A stretch of 63,901 nt of DNA, counting the filler, from Octopus bimaculoides (Eukaryota): assembly GCF_001194135.2 (NCBI RefSeq). It is 7 parts of 7 records of this genome, joined end to end, with 100 filler letters (N's around TTAATTAATTAA, not from the genome) between each part and the next. Parts side by side here need not be neighbours in the genome. Positions count along the whole stretch, not along the records: positions 58,080 to 63,901 come from NC_069009.1; 6 more parts are not named here. One strand, written 5' to 3'. Numbering within the stretch: the first letter of the stretch is position 1; each line of letters begins with the position of its first letter. The notes under the pieces were generated by a model. It saw only the letters and a program-made list of their open reading frames with translations, ran no database searches and was not told the DNA's origin. The position numbers and the translations under genes are program-made. Positions 61,831 to 63,901 of this stretch are shown one piece after another.

Positions 61831-62335
61831 TGGCATGCACTGCTCTCACTCAATAATAATAATAATAATATTGGTTTCATATTTTGGCACAAGACCAGTA
61901 ATTTTGAGTGAGTAGGCAAGTCAGTTAAATCGGCCCCAAAGCTCAAATGGTACTTATTCCATCAACACTGAACTAATAAAAGGTAAAGTTGATTTTGGCA
62001 GCATTTGATCTGTACATGTGATCTTACCTTGGGGTCCACTAACTTGGAATGAGCCTAGTTCCATCAAGCAAGAACGTGAAACCAGCCAGAAGCCAGGTAC
62101 CTTTGGTGGAGTTCACTTAATATTAAACATTTGGACCAGCTCTTTGGTTTGAGGATAACCTCTTCTTTCCTCATCCCTACACACTCACAGATATCTTGAG
62201 AAAGTGGCCACGAGTGTAGACCTACTTTTATTGTCATTCAAATTAACAACAACAAAAAAAAGCAAGTTCCTTAATTCTCAGAATTATCTCCCTTTGTATT
62301 CTGTTAATTTTCCTGTATTCTGACAATCTTTCTAG

Positions 62336-62426
62336 AATCTGGTCGTAGCAGACGCTGGCATCTTTCGTTGTACCGCTAGTAACAGGTATGGAAAGGTTTC
62401 AGCAACAAGGACTCTTATAGTGCGAC
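62336..62426 (+). CDS. Nrg: Neuroglian-like exon for the C-part of Ig5 (91 nt, phase 0-1)
   Basis: Acceptor ctttctag and donor C|gtaagc. NLVVADAGIFRCTASNRYGKVSATRTLIVR contains the Ig D-x-G-x-F/Y-x-C motif and is in frame with the previous exon. Missed by the ORF track. Confidence 0.9.
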
Positions 62427-63341
62427 GTAAGCATATCTGTTTGTTATTTTTTTTCCTTCCCTTCTCTGTGTTTCCCACATACACAGATAAGTCAAATTTC
62501 TAAATTTTTATTTTCATAAAAATCTTCCCACCACCATTTCCAAGACTCTGGCGAAAAAGAATTGGAAAAGTCCTAGTCAAAATGGAGAGAATCCAACTTA
62601 GTTGGGTGTCCCGATTCAAAACTCCACCATTTACAATCATTTTTAAGAGACTATTAAAATTTTATTGAAATGGTGTCATGTTCCAAAATCTCAAGATTTA
62701 TTTAGTTCTATACCTACTAAAACTCAAGTCGATGTGGCTTGTATGTTTGGATTTAGCTAGGTCTGAAAGTGCTGTGAAATCAACTGTTACATGCAACGAA
62801 GTAGGCTTTGCATAAATATTTTTAAAAATTGAAATAAGAGAAAAAAAACTCTTCTTTCCAAAAATCTGAAAAAAAAAATTTGTGTAATTTAAAGATGATT
62901 ATCACCTCAGTTTCAAAGATATGACATCACAAATATGGCTAATTATTCATATAGAACAATTAGATGAGATTTCAATCAATTCACTGACAATTTACATTGT
63001 TATATTTCCTAAAATATTCATCCAAATTTCACAACGGAAATATCAAAACGTTTCTCTTTGGATGCTCTCCAAGAAAAAGCACAGTAGAAGTTAGATTTAA
63101 ATATTTTCCAAAAATTTATAGTGACACCTAGTAACATATATGTAATGTTTTTTTGTTTTTTTTAATCATTTCATACATATCATACATCTGTTTTCCATGC
63201 TGGCATAGGTTGAGCAGTTTAACAGGAACTGGCTGGGCAGAAGACCGCCCCAGGTTTCAGTCTGTTTTGGCAGGGTTTTTACAGCTGGATACCCGTCCTA
63301 TCACCAACCACCTTACAGAGTGAACTCTGTGTGTGTTTGTA

Positions 63342-63380
<39 letters not shown>

Positions 63381-63385
63381 TACCG

Positions 63386-63588
63386 GTGAAGGTCTGCTTC
63401 TAGGGTTTCTCGCCATAAAGAGTATCTTTAGGATGTATCATCAGACCCTAAGGCTTATTCGCCTATGGTATCCTTAAAGTATGGAGTGGGAAACGAACTG
63501 GATATGAACAATGGGGATTATTTCCCTCTGATGACACGCCATAAAGATACTCTTTATAGCAAGAAACCCAGGGTAAACGGGCCTTCAC
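63386..63588. repeat. Inverted repeat (arms of about 60 bp), each arm carrying a hammerhead-like CUGAUGA...GAAA unit
   Basis: 63386-63445 is the imperfect reverse complement of 63527-63588. Confidence 0.7.
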
Positions 63589-63659
63589 AAGTAATAAATG
63601 TAGACTGTTCTACTTCTTAGAGCATGCTTCTTCTCTGTTTTTATGTGTTTCTAAAAAGA

Positions 63660-63901
63660 CTATCATCATCATCATCATCATCATCATCGTTTAACGTCTG
63701 CTTTCCATGCTAGCATGGGTTGGACGACTTGACTGAGGACTGGTGAAACCGGATGGCTACACCAGGCTCCAATCTAAATTTGGCAGAGTTTCTACAGCTG
63801 GATGCCCTTCCTAACGCCAACCACTCAGAGAGTGTAGTGGGTGCTTTTACGTGTCATCCGCACGAAAACGGCCACGCTCGAAATGGTGTCTTTTATGTGC
63901 C
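63660..63901 (-). mobile_element. Young RTE 3'-tail element with (CAT)n at its end
   Basis: catcatcatcgtttaacgtctgctttccatgctagcatggg...tttctacagctggatgcccttcctaacgcc is the reverse complement of the 16886 copy. Confidence 0.85.

Overview
AT-rich, microsatellite-dense, gapped eukaryotic genomic scaffold; the SINE families and repeat landscape look like octopus (coleoid cephalopod), which is an inference. Two partial + strand spliced genes are visible. Four exons (21375-30999) encode the N-terminal DUF4550 region of a CFAP92/KIAA1257-like protein, and three exons (58534-62426) encode Ig4(C-half)-Ig5 of an L1-family/neuroglian cell adhesion molecule. The rest is intron/intergenic DNA packed with SINEs, LINE relics (RTE, L1-Tx1, CR1, R4/Dong), Penelope-like element (PLE) relics, DNA transposons (a full-length Tc1 with only nonsense lesions, mariner and maT relics, MITE-like foldbacks) and simple repeats. 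The most striking non-annotated signal is a set of minimal type-I hammerhead-ribozyme-like motifs from about six unrelated sequence families. Nearly all have a self-complementary helix III, one has a compensated U3-A8 core, and three loci carry them as head-to-head inverted pairs. All folds, alignments and family assignments were done by eye or from memory, and repeat boundaries are approximate.
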